The translations under genes were made by a program, and so were the position numbers. This document shows, piece after piece, positions 14,788 through 26,300 of a stretch of DNA of 64,000 nucleotides. How positions within the stretch are numbered: the stretch's first letter is position 1; each line of letters opens with the position of its first letter. This DNA is from a virus: the IMG/VR virus record IMGVR_UViG_3300020057_000027, positions 100,107-164,106 of that record; one strand, given 5' to 3'. Below the pieces are notes generated by a model. The model had not been told where the DNA came from. It made no database searches and saw only the letters and a list, made by a program, of their open reading frames with translations.

Positions 14788-16710
14788 ATGGAAAGTAATT
14801 GGTTCGGAAAAGAAATGATATGGTGGAAAGGCGTTGTCGAAGACCGCAAAGACCCATTGTTTCTTGGCCGTTGTAAAATCAGAATATTCGGCTGGCACAC
14901 TCAAGATAAAACACAGATGCCGACTGAGGCACTTCCTTGGGCTCTACCAAGTCTACCTATTGATAACGGAAGAAGTCCTGTAGGGTTGCGCGAGGGTGAT
15001 TGGACGTGGGGTTTCTTCATGGACGGTTCTGAAGCACAACAACCAATTGTGTGTGGTTTCACTCCAGGAATTCCCGAAGATAAAGCAGACCCCGAAAAAG
15101 GATATCACGATCCAACTCCAGAAGAAGAATTATTAAGCACTCTACAACCAAGACCTCCTGAGTTTTCTCCTATTATTGAAGCTGAAGAAGGTGAAGAGGG
15201 AGAAGCTGTAGTTGGGTTAGGTAGATTTGATGACCCGAATAAGTTGCCTGGAGAAAACGTTGCGTTTGGTGAATTAACGCAAGACTATGATCCAGCATTA
15301 TATAAGTGGGACGTAAATCGTGATGGAAAATATGATGCCGTTGACGCACTTCAAATAAGTGATCCTGATGGTGATGGTATTCCCGGAACGGGAGCAGGCA
15401 GCGACGATATTTTTTCTGGTGGAGAAGTTACTACCATATCTTATCCGATGAGTAGGTATCCATTAGAGCCATTTTTAAATGAACCTACTACACCAAGAAT
15501 ATCAAGAAACGAAAAGATTGAAGAAACTATAGTTGCAAAAAAGAAAGGTGATCTTCAAACTGGTGATGCTGCCGCTCATGAAGCATTGGGTGTAGGTAGT
15601 GATCAGGGAGCAGAAGCAGAAGCGTTTGGTGAACCAGAAACACCATACGCAGCCAAGTATCCTTTTAATCACGTATATGAAAGTGAAGCTGGCCATTATC
15701 AAGAAATAGATGATACTCCTGGCGCAGAAAGATTACATTCGTATCATAGATCTGGAACATTCAATGAAATACATCCTGACGGTACGCAAGTAAACAAAGT
15801 AGTAAAAAAAGGCTTTCATTTTGTAGTAGAAGAACATAATTTTGCAACAAAGAGTTTTGCTAATTTTAGTGCTGCCCAAGCCTTTAGAATCAATGCTGGC
15901 GCAGAGATGAATCTAAAATCCGGCGGCGACATGAATCAAGATGCTGGTGGCAACCATAATACTATTGTTAAAGGTGATTCTAATAATAGAATAAAGAAGA
16001 ATTCATATACTGTTATTGAGGGTGATGTTAGAGTATTAGTAAAGGGTAACGTGTTTCTTGCCGTTGAAGGTAATTTAGAAACAAAAGTCGTCGGCAATAT
16101 TTTATTAGACGCTGGCGGAGATATATGTTTAACTGCTGGTGGTGGTATACATACAACCGCTCCACAAATTCATATGGTAACTCCTGTTGTTGAAGCTAAT
16201 GTTAAATTTGCTATGACGGCTGGAAGTTCTCCTATAGGACCTCCTCTGCCTGCAATACCACTACCTTGTACTCATATTAACACTGCTGATAATAAAGATA
16301 ATCTGGTGGCAGAACCATTTACACCAAAAGAAGGTTTTGTTTGGGAAGAACACACAGGAGATTTATGGAAACCAATATCAGATAGTGATGGTAATGCAGT
16401 TACTTTAAGTTTGACTTTGGGTGTTCCTCATTTCTTAGTAGAAGCACTTCCTACTGGAGCACTAGAGACAGTAACTATCAAATATAAACACAAAGATGGT
16501 AGAATAGTAGAATGGGAAGTTACAAGGCCAGTACATACACCAGGAACACGAATACTTGAAGCTGGTGTTTATAAAGGTAATGGCAACGGAGGTAGAGATC
16601 ATTACCGTTGGAGTAAACCAGGAGCTGAATATCCAACACAGATGTTTTTACGTATCGGTTCATATCATCAATTAATACTTTCAGCGGATGTTAGACATGA
16701 AGCTTTCTAG
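14788..16710 (+). CDS. gp5: baseplate hub/central spike, gp5-like, no lysozyme domain
   Basis: OB-fold WWKGVVEDR.DP..LGR..IRI.G.H; YPFNHVYESEAGH..EIDDTPGAERLH.YHRSGTF.EI.PDG; beta-helix repeats; CTAAATA upstream. Confidence 0.92.
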   Translation: MESNWFGKEMIWWKGVVEDRKDPLFLGRCKIRIFGWHTQDKTQMPTEALPWALPSLPIDNGRSPVGLREGDWTWGFFMDGSEAQQPIVCGFTPGIPEDKADPEKGYHDPTPEEELLSTLQPRPPEFSPIIEAEEGEEGEAVVGLGRFDDPNKLPGENVAFGELTQDYDPALYKWDVNRDGKYDAVDALQISDPDGDGIPGTGAGSDDIFSGGEVTTISYPMSRYPLEPFLNEPTTPRISRNEKIEETIVAKKKGDLQTGDAAAHEALGVGSDQGAEAEAFGEPETPYAAKYPFNHVYESEAGHYQEIDDTPGAERLHSYHRSGTFNEIHPDGTQVNKVVKKGFHFVVEEHNFATKSFANFSAAQAFRINAGAEMNLKSGGDMNQDAGGNHNTIVKGDSNNRIKKNSYTVIEGDVRVLVKGNVFLAVEGNLETKVVGNILLDAGGDICLTAGGGIHTTAPQIHMVTPVVEANVKFAMTAGSSPIGPPLPAIPLPCTHINTADNKDNLVAEPFTPKEGFVWEEHTGDLWKPISDSDGNAVTLSLTLGVPHFLVEALPTGALETVTIKYKHKDGRIVEWEVTRPVHTPGTRILEAGVYKGNGNGGRDHYRWSKPGAEYPTQMFLRIGSYHQLILSADVRHEAF

Positions 16711-16987
16711 TAAACTTGCGGTCTTCTTAATTACACTTCAAGTGGCTGATGCTACTCTAACAGGTTTTGGTGTCAATACATTTGGAATAGGCGCAGAGGG
16801 TAATCCGCTAGTTAAATATGTTATGGTGGAGCTTGGTGTGATTCCGGGACTAATTTTAGTTAAGATGTTTGCTATTCTTTGTATTGGTTTACTGTGGAAA
16901 GCTAAAGCCACTAATATTATATTATTTTTATCGGGCCTATATACTAGTATAGTAATAATGTGGTTACTTGCATTTTACTACAACTAA
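16697..16987 (+). CDS. small membrane protein, DUF5658-like
   Basis: LQVAD..LT..G......EGNPL...M..LG...GL..VK, three hydrophobic segments. Confidence 0.7.
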   Translation: MKLSSKLAVFLITLQVADATLTGFGVNTFGIGAEGNPLVKYVMVELGVIPGLILVKMFAILCIGLLWKAKATNIILFLSGLYTSIVIMWLLAFYYN

Positions 16988-17007
16988 AATTAAGTATATG
17001 GAATATT

Positions 17008-17259
17008 ATGAAATTGTCAGGGCCGATAGTAGAAAAGAACGCTAAGGGAGAAACAGTAGTTCATTTAGAAGCAGTAGAAGAGTTTCTTGATTATAGTGAA
17101 AGGTTAGAAGAAGCTGTAAATAGGTTTGGCGAGATATTGAATTCCAAAGAATTCAATGAAGCATTGGTGGATGTATATGATCCAGAGAGAACACCATCTT
17201 CAGAAGTAATAATACAAACAGCATTAACACTTAAGAACATCTTGGCCAAAGTGGTATAA
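17008..17259 (+). CDS. hypothetical protein
   Basis: ORF track; ATG 17008 avoids the overlap. Confidence 0.65.
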   Translation: MKLSGPIVEKNAKGETVVHLEAVEEFLDYSERLEEAVNRFGEILNSKEFNEALVDVYDPERTPSSEVIIQTALTLKNILAKVV

Positions 17260-17262
17260 ATA
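17255..17262 (+). promoter_or_regulatory. late promoter TATAAATA
   Basis: exact T4 late consensus upstream of gp25. Related sites: 14748, 21584, 23353, 34959, 38448, 44711, 46452, 50551, 52783, 53416, 55603 (NATAAATA or CTAAATA). Confidence 0.85.
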
Positions 17263-17294
17263 ACTCTTGGATATACCAAAAGGTTAATATACTC

Positions 17295-17684
17295 ATGCCT
17301 GTAGTTAAGAAATATAAAGATTTAGACTTAGACTTTATACCTCATCCCGTATCTGGAGATCTTTTACCGTTGAAAGATGCTGATGCGGTTAAACGTTCTG
17401 TTAGAAATCTCATACTAACTGGTCTATATGAAAGAGTCTTTCAACCTAAAATTGGTTCAGGCGTTAGAGAGTTATTATTTGAGCTTATAAATCCATTAAC
17501 ACAAAAGAGTATTGAAATAGCTATTGAAGACGTTTTAAGAAAACATGAAAAAAGAATAACTTTAATATCTACATTGGCCTCAGTTAATACAGAAGAAAAT
17601 GGTTATAATATAACAATAACATTTTCAGTAGACGCTATATCAGAAATATTGGTTGTTGATATGTTCTTAGAAAGAGTAAGATAA
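17295..17684 (+). CDS. gp25: baseplate wedge subunit
   Basis: YKDLDLDF..HP..D.....D..AVKRSVRNLILT...ER.F.P.IGS. Confidence 0.95.
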   Translation: MPVVKKYKDLDLDFIPHPVSGDLLPLKDADAVKRSVRNLILTGLYERVFQPKIGSGVRELLFELINPLTQKSIEIAIEDVLRKHEKRITLISTLASVNTEENGYNITITFSVDAISEILVVDMFLERVR

Positions 17685-17687
17685 AAA

Positions 17688-19487
17688 ATGGCACAAATAA
17701 AATACACCGAATTAGACTTTGCTAAGATTAAAGATAATCTAAAGACATTCTTAAAATCACAAGATCAATTCAAAGATTATGATTTTGATGGTGCTGGTAT
17801 TTCGGTGCTACTAGATCTATTGGCATATAATACTGCCTATAACGGTTTCTATCTAAACATGCTTGCTAGTGAAATGTTTCTTGATAGTGCTGTTCTTAGA
17901 GATAGTGTAGTATCAAGAGCAAAACATTTAGGTTACACTCCACGATCAGTTCGTTCAAATGTTGCTACTATTGATTTAGAAATCTTTCCAGCTTTCGGTC
18001 CAGGAGCAACATCCCCGACAAGTATATTCATAGATACTACTCAAAAATTTTATGCTGTTGTTGATAATAAGAAATATATCTTCAGTCCAAAACAATCTAT
18101 ATTAATACAACCTAATGCTGGTAAATATCTTGCTACAGGTTTAGAACTAATTGAGGGAACAAGATTAACCCATAGATGGACTTTTGATGCGTCATTAAGC
18201 ATAAAACAGAGATTTATTATACCTAATAGTAATATAGATACCACTCAATTAAAAGTTACTGTACAAGATTCAGAAACTAATAATACAATAAGATCATATA
18301 ATCTGCACGAAGATATAAATGAATTAACTCCTGAGTCGCAAGTGTATTTTCTGCAAGAGGCAACAGATAAAAAATATGAAATTATTTTCGGTGATGGTGT
18401 AGTAGGTAAAGGTTTAATTGATGGCAACATTGTTATTGTAGATTATATTGTTTCATCTGGCAGCTTATCTGTTGGCGCAAAGAAATTTGTTCCTGTAGAA
18501 AAAGTTGGCGGTTATGATCAATCAACAATTGTTTGTACTATTCCGGCCAAGGGTTTTACTGAGCAAGAAAGTATTGATAACATTAAAAGATTGGCACCAT
18601 TAAATTATGATGCACAAAATCGAGCAGTAACTAGATTAGATTATGAGACATTAGTAAAGAAAGATATACCATCAATTCAATATCTCAGAGTATGGGGAGG
18701 AGAAGATAATGTACCTCCACAATATGGAAGAGTATTCATGTCGCTCAAGCCATTTACTGGAACATCATTATCTGAAGATCAAAAAGCGGCTTTAATTGAA
18801 GCATATATTAGACCTAGAAATCCAATTTCAATCGAAGTAAAAATTGTAGAGCCTGATTATCTAAGATTGCAGATAGAAAGTTTAATATTATATAAGAGTA
18901 GTAATACTATTTTATCTGAAGCTGATATTAAAAATAAAGTTAAAGATGCTATTATAGCATTTAGATCTGCTGAATTAAATGGGTTTGACGCAGATTTTAG
19001 ATATAGTAAGTTTGTTCAAACTATTGATGAAGCTGATATAGCTATTGAAGGAAATTTAACTAATATTAAAATGAAATATCGTATATTTCCTCCATTCAAT
19101 GTACCAACAAAATTTGAAATCAGCTTGAATAACTCAATAGATAAAGGTGATGCGGCTAACGGTTTAGCATCTATAGTTAGTAGTGCTTTCATATATAAAG
19201 GTAATACAACATTTGCAGGGGATGATGGTAAAGGTGTATTATCATTATTTCGCATAGTAAATGATCAAAAAGTTACCATAGAAAATAATATCGGAACCGT
19301 CAACTATGAAACTGGAGAAATAGTTTTAGATGGCTTCTTAGTTCAAAGCATTCCAGATAATAAAGACTATGTTGATTTTGTTATTGTACCTAAAGTACAA
19401 GACGTTGAATCATTACGTAACCAGATCCTTTTAATGGAAGATGAAGATATAATTCTGGCAACTAAAGATCTGAATAAAAAGGTTTAA
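17688..19487 (+). CDS. gp6: baseplate wedge subunit
   Basis: ELDF..IK.NLK.FL..Q..F.DYDF.G...LLD.LAYNT; YEI.FGDG; QNRAVT..DY; WGGEDN.PP.YG.V. Confidence 0.95.
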   Translation: MAQIKYTELDFAKIKDNLKTFLKSQDQFKDYDFDGAGISVLLDLLAYNTAYNGFYLNMLASEMFLDSAVLRDSVVSRAKHLGYTPRSVRSNVATIDLEIFPAFGPGATSPTSIFIDTTQKFYAVVDNKKYIFSPKQSILIQPNAGKYLATGLELIEGTRLTHRWTFDASLSIKQRFIIPNSNIDTTQLKVTVQDSETNNTIRSYNLHEDINELTPESQVYFLQEATDKKYEIIFGDGVVGKGLIDGNIVIVDYIVSSGSLSVGAKKFVPVEKVGGYDQSTIVCTIPAKGFTEQESIDNIKRLAPLNYDAQNRAVTRLDYETLVKKDIPSIQYLRVWGGEDNVPPQYGRVFMSLKPFTGTSLSEDQKAALIEAYIRPRNPISIEVKIVEPDYLRLQIESLILYKSSNTILSEADIKNKVKDAIIAFRSAELNGFDADFRYSKFVQTIDEADIAIEGNLTNIKMKYRIFPPFNVPTKFEISLNNSIDKGDAANGLASIVSSAFIYKGNTTFAGDDGKGVLSLFRIVNDQKVTIENNIGTVNYETGEIVLDGFLVQSIPDNKDYVDFVIVPKVQDVESLRNQILLMEDEDIILATKDLNKKV

Positions 19488-19490
19488 TAG

Positions 19491-21575
19491 ATGACTCAGT
19501 TTATTGACTTATCTGGTTTAGGTATTATCTCAGAAGAAAACTGGGCTTGGGTTATTCGACCTATTGGTATTGGTCCACTATTAGTTGGTACGCCCGAACT
19601 TAATTTAACAATATTCACTCCTTCTATAGTTTCACAAGAAACTTTTGGTTATCATAGTGTTGGTAACATTACATTAAATTCTAGTATAGCTGATGCCAAC
19701 AATACGTTTGGTATTCCTAATATTAGTAATACTTCAAGTGTTCCTTTAATATCATCTCAAATATATTCTCAGCTTCCTAGTTTTGTTAGAGAAGATCATC
19801 CACATTTCATAAACTTCATGGAAGCATATTATGAATGGATGGAAAATTATAGAAATGTTCAATTTGATATAGCAAGATTAAAAACATATCAAGATGTTGA
19901 AACTAGTATTGATATTTTTACAGAACAATTCTTTAAAGAATTTTTAACTAATATACCAAGAGGTATTGTTGCTGATAAAGAAAATGTTTTAAAAAACATT
20001 AGAGAGTTCTATCGTGCTAAAGGAACAGAAAAGTCATATAAGTTCTTTTTCAGAATATTGTTTAATATAGATGTTGATTTTTATTATCCTAGAATAGACA
20101 TGTTGCGAGTGTCTGATGGTAAATGGATTCAACCAATTACATTGCGTATCAGATCTACTGTGGGTAATCCTTTTGATTTAGTCGGTAGACGAATTAGAGG
20201 ACTAAACAATAATGCTTCGGCGTTTGTTGAACAAGTACAATTCGTTCAAGAAGGTTTCTTAACTGTATATGAATTATTTTTAAATCGTTCGAGTATATCT
20301 GGTTTATTTGAAGGTGATGAAGTTATCAAAGCTGCGGATGTTGATATTGAAGGGGTAATTTATCCAATAGTAGATTCAATTAAAGTTGTGAGCGGCGGCG
20401 AAGGGTATTCAACCGGAGACCCTATATTGATTGGTGGGCCAGGCGTTGGAGCTACTGCTGTAGTTCAATCTGTTGGTAGTTTGGGTGCGATAAAGAAAGT
20501 TAAGATGACTGCTTTCGGAGCAGGATATACAAGTGCTCCACTAGTAACTGCTCCCGGAGGTACGGTAGTAGCATCATTAGAAGCAGTAATCGGCGCACAA
20601 ACTAAGTATCCCGGATTCTTTTTAAATGAAGATGGTCAAATATCCGCATCAAAATATATTCAAGACGGTAAGTATTACCAACAATTTTCTTATGTAGTAT
20701 TTGTTAATGAGTCTATAGAAAAATATAGAGACGCATTAAAGCGAATGATCCATCCTGCCGGTTTAGAGATGTTTGGTGGATTCAGATCTCAAGAATTGAT
20801 AGATGCTGGTGTAAACCTTTCTTCAAGATATGGACAGGTTGGCACTTCAATGCTTAGAATCCACGACCATTTTAAATTTGTTTGGGTGGTATTTGATATT
20901 AATAATCAACCATTGAATGTATTTGATAATGAACAGCTTGCTATACAGTGGTTAAAAGAGCTAGGAACCTTACCATACACCGAATATCTATCAACCGACT
21001 ATGTGGTGCTAGATGTAAATTTGAAAGTATTAGCTGTATTTGCTTCACAGATCGAAGCGCAAGACTGGTTGAACGATCACGAGTCTGAGTATCCAGGTAC
21101 ATTATTTCATATAAAAGAAAGAATAGACACTAGATTCAATTCTCAATATCTCCAAAGAAGAGATAGTAGACAAGTAAATCCATTTTATTTTGATCCTATA
21201 GATGCTCGTATTAAATCACAACAAACAGAGCTTATTTTAATCCACGATCTATATGAAGGTATTAATCAAGCCAAACTTGGACCTTCTTACCGTTCTATTG
21301 AGCGAGATAAATTCACATATAGACCATTTGAGAAAACCGATATTACTGGAGAGTTGAATGGTGTTAATGCTGGCTATTGGGGTATTCAAGGTGTTTTTAT
21401 ATCTCAATTTGCTAATTATCAGATAAAAGACTTTAAAGATATAACAGTAAAAGAGATGACAGAAAAACCTTGGACGAAGATAAATATAATGCCTGAACCT
21501 ATTGTTAGAAACAGTGACGGAACTAGCATTAACAGTTTAGAAAAGTTTGGAATAGCTGAAATCTCACACACTTAA
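19491..21575 (+). CDS. gp7: baseplate wedge protein, gp7-like
   Basis: QLP.FVRE.H..F..F.EAYYEW; FYRAKGT..SY..FFRILF; IQD..YYQ.FSY; HPAG..MFG; position between gp6 and gp8. Confidence 0.75.
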   Translation: MTQFIDLSGLGIISEENWAWVIRPIGIGPLLVGTPELNLTIFTPSIVSQETFGYHSVGNITLNSSIADANNTFGIPNISNTSSVPLISSQIYSQLPSFVREDHPHFINFMEAYYEWMENYRNVQFDIARLKTYQDVETSIDIFTEQFFKEFLTNIPRGIVADKENVLKNIREFYRAKGTEKSYKFFFRILFNIDVDFYYPRIDMLRVSDGKWIQPITLRIRSTVGNPFDLVGRRIRGLNNNASAFVEQVQFVQEGFLTVYELFLNRSSISGLFEGDEVIKAADVDIEGVIYPIVDSIKVVSGGEGYSTGDPILIGGPGVGATAVVQSVGSLGAIKKVKMTAFGAGYTSAPLVTAPGGTVVASLEAVIGAQTKYPGFFLNEDGQISASKYIQDGKYYQQFSYVVFVNESIEKYRDALKRMIHPAGLEMFGGFRSQELIDAGVNLSSRYGQVGTSMLRIHDHFKFVWVVFDINNQPLNVFDNEQLAIQWLKELGTLPYTEYLSTDYVVLDVNLKVLAVFASQIEAQDWLNDHESEYPGTLFHIKERIDTRFNSQYLQRRDSRQVNPFYFDPIDARIKSQQTELILIHDLYEGINQAKLGPSYRSIERDKFTYRPFEKTDITGELNGVNAGYWGIQGVFISQFANYQIKDFKDITVKEMTEKPWTKINIMPEPIVRNSDGTSINSLEKFGIAEISHT

Positions 21576-21612
21576 ATTAGTGCTATAAATATTACTAGAG
21601 GATAAAACTAAG

Positions 21613-23352
21613 ATGACCGCAATAATTAAAAATAGATTCAGAATACAGAACGCTAAAGACTTCTTAGAAAATCTTGTCGGTCATCCTAGAACAAGTGTTA
21701 TAGGTAACACAATCAATCTTACTGGTGTAACCGAAGCAGAAAGAATTGCAGATCTTCAAACTGAAATTGGTTCTCATGCTGTAGATAGAAATTTATATTT
21801 GTTTGTTGGTAGAGCTAGACCTTGGCCAACAGATCTTTTGAACGGAACTAATGAGTTGGCTCCACCTCTAGCTAAAGATACGATATCAGAAGAGTATCGT
21901 ATTTGGGATGCTATGTTAGGTTTAAAGAAAGTCACTGAAACTTATTCTTCTCTTGTTGTTCCTAGATTTGATTGGGACGCTACAGGTGAAACTGTATATA
22001 AACCCTTTGACGATCAAGATAAAGATCTATTCAATCATCCAACTACTGCTGAAATTGCTGATGGTAATCTTAATAGCTATACCGCAGGATCTTTTTATGT
22101 ATTGACTGATGAATATCATCTATTCAAATGTTTAGGTAATAATCTTTCAGCAAAATCTACAGTTAAACCACAAAAACCTTTAGCTGCTCCATTTATATTT
22201 GAGGGCTCAGATGGTTATAGATGGAAGTATCTAACAACAATTACTCCCGGCCAGGTAGTTAAATTTTTAACTGAAAGATGGATACCTGTAGTTCAACTAG
22301 CAGAAGATGATGGTAGTTCACAATGGTTGGTTCAACAGGCTGCCACTGAAGGTACTATTGATACTTTTATTATTGATAATAAAGGTTCCGGATATATTTA
22401 CGTTCATTCAGGAACACTACAGGGGTTTAGCGGAACCACAGGTTCTTTAGATTCTGGATTTTCTATTGTGGCCTCAGCATATGTTGGAGCACAGATTCAT
22501 ATAGTTTCTGGAACTGGAGCAGGCACAGTAAGAAACATTACATCATATGATGAAACTTTTGGTATTGTTACTGTAAATGTTGCTTGGTCTGTTGACGGAA
22601 GTTCTGTATATGAAATAACGCCAAAACTTACTATTTCAGGAAACGGAACAGGCGCTACAGCCAAAGCAGTTGTTGAAACTCTTGCTGGGCCTGACCAATA
22701 TAAAATAACAAAAATTATTTCCACTGCTGGTGGTTCTGGTTACACTTTTGCTTCTGTGTCTATTACTGGAGCTGGTGGTTCTGGTGCTTCAGTGAGAGCG
22801 CAGATAGCTGCTCCGGGTGGTCATGGTTCAGATATAGAAAAAGAACTTGGTGCTTTCTTTGCCATGTTGAATGTTAGATTGAAATATGAAGAAGGTGCTG
22901 GAGACTTTCCTATATCTAATGACTATAGACAAATTGGAGTAGTTAGAGATCTTAGAAACTTAGATGGTTCTTTAGCGACTGAAGATACTCGTATTGCTAC
23001 AAAGAAATTAAATCTAACTGGTGTTAGTCCTGGTTTGGGTGGCGATTTTGCTCCAGATGAAGATATCACTACTGGTGGAGCTACTGCTAAAGTTATAGAT
23101 TATGTTGCTACTGGTCCTGGAACAGGAACAATAACTTTCTTTCAAGATGAAATAACAGGTTATGCTTCATTTGCTGGTGGACAAGTGGTTAGTGGTTTAA
23201 CTAGTGGTGCTACAGGAACTATTGCTTTATCGGGAGTAATAAATGAAGAAATTAAAAAGAATGTTGGAGAAATCATTTACATAGAAAATCGTAGACCTGT
23301 TCTGCGAGCCCCTGACCAGATAGAAGATATAAAAGCTATTATAGAATTCTAA
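21613..23352 (+). CDS. gp8: baseplate wedge subunit
   Basis: MTAII...FRI.NA; FYVLT.EY..FKCL.N; DGY.WKY; NDYRQIG; GEIIYIENR......DQIEDIK.IIEF. Confidence 0.92.
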   Translation: MTAIIKNRFRIQNAKDFLENLVGHPRTSVIGNTINLTGVTEAERIADLQTEIGSHAVDRNLYLFVGRARPWPTDLLNGTNELAPPLAKDTISEEYRIWDAMLGLKKVTETYSSLVVPRFDWDATGETVYKPFDDQDKDLFNHPTTAEIADGNLNSYTAGSFYVLTDEYHLFKCLGNNLSAKSTVKPQKPLAAPFIFEGSDGYRWKYLTTITPGQVVKFLTERWIPVVQLAEDDGSSQWLVQQAATEGTIDTFIIDNKGSGYIYVHSGTLQGFSGTTGSLDSGFSIVASAYVGAQIHIVSGTGAGTVRNITSYDETFGIVTVNVAWSVDGSSVYEITPKLTISGNGTGATAKAVVETLAGPDQYKITKIISTAGGSGYTFASVSITGAGGSGASVRAQIAAPGGHGSDIEKELGAFFAMLNVRLKYEEGAGDFPISNDYRQIGVVRDLRNLDGSLATEDTRIATKKLNLTGVSPGLGGDFAPDEDITTGGATAKVIDYVATGPGTGTITFFQDEITGYASFAGGQVVSGLTSGATGTIALSGVINEEIKKNVGEIIYIENRRPVLRAPDQIEDIKAIIEF

Positions 23353-23387
23353 TATAAATAGAATACAGACTTTGGTAATAAGAGAAT

Positions 23388-26300
23388 ATGACTAAAATAG
23401 ATTTAAATCAATCACCATATTTTGATGATTATAATGAGAATAAAAAATTCTATAAAATCCTATTCCGTCCAGGAAGAGCAGTTCAAGCAAGAGAACTAAC
23501 ACAAATTCAAACTGCTTTACAGAAGCAAGTTGAAAGAATGGGAAGACACATCTTTGAACAGGGTTCACAGGTTCTTCCAGGCTCTAAAGAAGGAGTTCGT
23601 TATATTAACAATAACGGCTTCATTAAAATTCCAAGAACCTCATATGCTAATACCTTAACTGAACTTAATACTTATTGGTTAGGAAAAGAAATAATTAGTG
23701 CTAGTGGTGTTCGTGCTAAAGTAATCGGGGTTAGAGAAGCAGACACTATTAATGAAGCAAGATTATATCTTAACTATCTTAATGCTTCTACTAGCGGTTT
23801 AGTTACTTCTTTTGTTTTGGGTGAAATCATACAAACAGATGAAATAGTTCCAATTACAACTACTATTCCTGCTACTCAATATTCTATCGGTTTAATATCT
23901 TCTGTTATAGTCGAAGAGGGTGTATATTTCTTTGATGGTAATTTTATTCTTGTTGATCAACAAACTGTTTTTATTACTCCGCCAGACACCGAAGATCAAG
24001 CAACATGGAATAACCAACCAACGGCTTTGGTTGGACTTAAAATAACTGAAAGTGTTATAACATCCGATGACGATGAAACGCTATTAGATAATGCGTTGGG
24101 TTCACCAAACTATGCGGCTCCAGGAGCCGACAGACTTCATATATCTGCTGATTTAATTCAAGCTGCTTTAAACACTGACGATTCGGATTTTATTTCTCTT
24201 CTTAGAGTTGTTGATGGTGTTGTTCAAGCAAGAGTTATACGAACTGAATATTCAGTCCTTGAAGATACATTAGCTAGAAGAACAAATGATGAAAGTGGAG
24301 ACTATAGTGTAGTACCATTTCAAATCCAGATTAGAGATTTCCTAAGAAATAATATTAATAATGGTATTCATAATGAAAAGGAATTTCATTTTGATACTCA
24401 ATTAGAAGCTCAAAAAATATCAATATCTACTTTTGGTTTAGCCGAGCCAGGAAATGCAGTGCTTCATCCTGATTTTATTTCAGTGTGGGTTCCTGGAACT
24501 TCATATAATACTGCTGGAGATGCTAGTTCATTTATTCAACTATGTGATGATCGATTAAGTATCAAAGTTGATCCAGGTAAAGCATACGTTAAGGGTTATG
24601 AAATTGAAAAACTTTCTACTACTATAATAGATGTTGTTAAAGCAAGAACATTACGATATAGAAATAATAAAACTATATCTACTCCTCTTGGAACATTTTT
24701 ATATGTTAAGAAAATGTATGGAGCATTAACTCTTGAGACATATGACACTGTTGAACTTTATGATCGTCCTATAGTAACTGGAGGTGCATCTTCTGGAAAT
24801 AAAATAGGCACTGCTAGAGTATTAGCCGTAGAATTTTTCAGTGGTGTTAATGGTAGTGTTGATGGAGTATATCGCCTATTTGTTTTTGATATGAAAGCCG
24901 ATCCAGGCAAGTCACTTAGACAATTAAAATCTATATACTCACCAAATCCAACTTTTACTTGTGATTGTGTAACTCAAAATTTTAGATTAACTGGTTCTGT
25001 TGCTAAATTACCTAATCAATTAATTGGTACGGGAACATCTTGGAAAAACGATGAACTACAAAGACTACAAGCAGGAGATTTTGTTCAAGTAAGCCAAGGG
25101 CCAACAGCTACTATCTATAGACTCCTTTCTACTCCATCAAACGATAATGTGTTAGATGTTACCCCTAATCCAGCAGGAGCACTTTGGCCTGAGGGTTCTA
25201 CTATAGATTATTCTTTTGTGTCTCCAGAAACCAATTCACAAAATTCGGGATTATTATTCAGACTACCAGATGATGTTGTATACACACTTCATGGGGGTTC
25301 ACAAGGTTTTGTTGATACTTCTCTAGCTGGAATTGATACTGTATATACTTCACGTAGAGTTGTGGGTAATGGAGTTGTTCCTGTATCTGATGAACTACAA
25401 TTTACTTTATCTGATCCTAATGAAGAGTTTGAAGATTTTAATACTTCTGGATATGCAGTAATTAATCTTGGTGGATTATCTGGTGATTGGTTAGAACTTA
25501 TTCCATATGTTGCAGGAAATCCTTCTGCTGGAAAATGTGAAGTTCAAGCACTTGGAGCACAAGTAACATTTCACTTAAATAATACTGATACGCTTTCTGC
25601 TGGTCTTAATGGGTTTTATGTAATCACTCCTGTAATACATAGTGGAAATTTTGCTTCAAAAGAAAGATCTAAAACTTTAGTTAAAGGTTCTTTTCCTCTT
25701 GGAGTATACTCTGGTGAAAGTGTAGTTAGTGCAGGCTCGGATGTATCAGAAATTTCTCTTGGTAGAGCAGACGTACTTAGAATAACTAGAGTTGTAGAAT
25801 CTCAAAATTATACGTCAGTGCCAAGCGATTTAGAAGTTCTTCCTCCAACAGATAGAGATATTACTGGTCTTTATATTTTAGATGATGGTCAAAGAGATTA
25901 TTTTTATGATATCGCTAAAGTAGTATTACGTCCCGGAGTAACCAGACCAAGAGGACGAGTAAGAGTAGAATTTGATTATTTTCAACATGGTACTTCTGGT
26001 AATTATTTCTGTGTAGATTCATATCCATTCAGAGGTCCTGGTAAGCAAATGGACTATGAAGAAATTGGCATATATGTTTCTGCTGATGGTACAGAATATG
26101 ATTTAGCTTCTGCTGTAGATTTTAGACCTAGAGTAATAGAGCCTGGTGGTATTGGTTCTGGTTTTGCTACTACTCTTGAATTACCAAAAGAAAATTTTAG
26201 ATGTGATTATCACTTCTACGAAGGACGTATTGATAAACTATTCTTAGATAAGAGTAGTAAGTTTCTTATTAAGTCAGGAACTCCTGATGTTAAACCTCAA

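Noticed and set aside
15610-15650. EAFG in gp5 as another copy of the giant repeat
   Set aside because: Only four residues match and they run into the ordinary EPETPY..YP.NHV gp5 motif.
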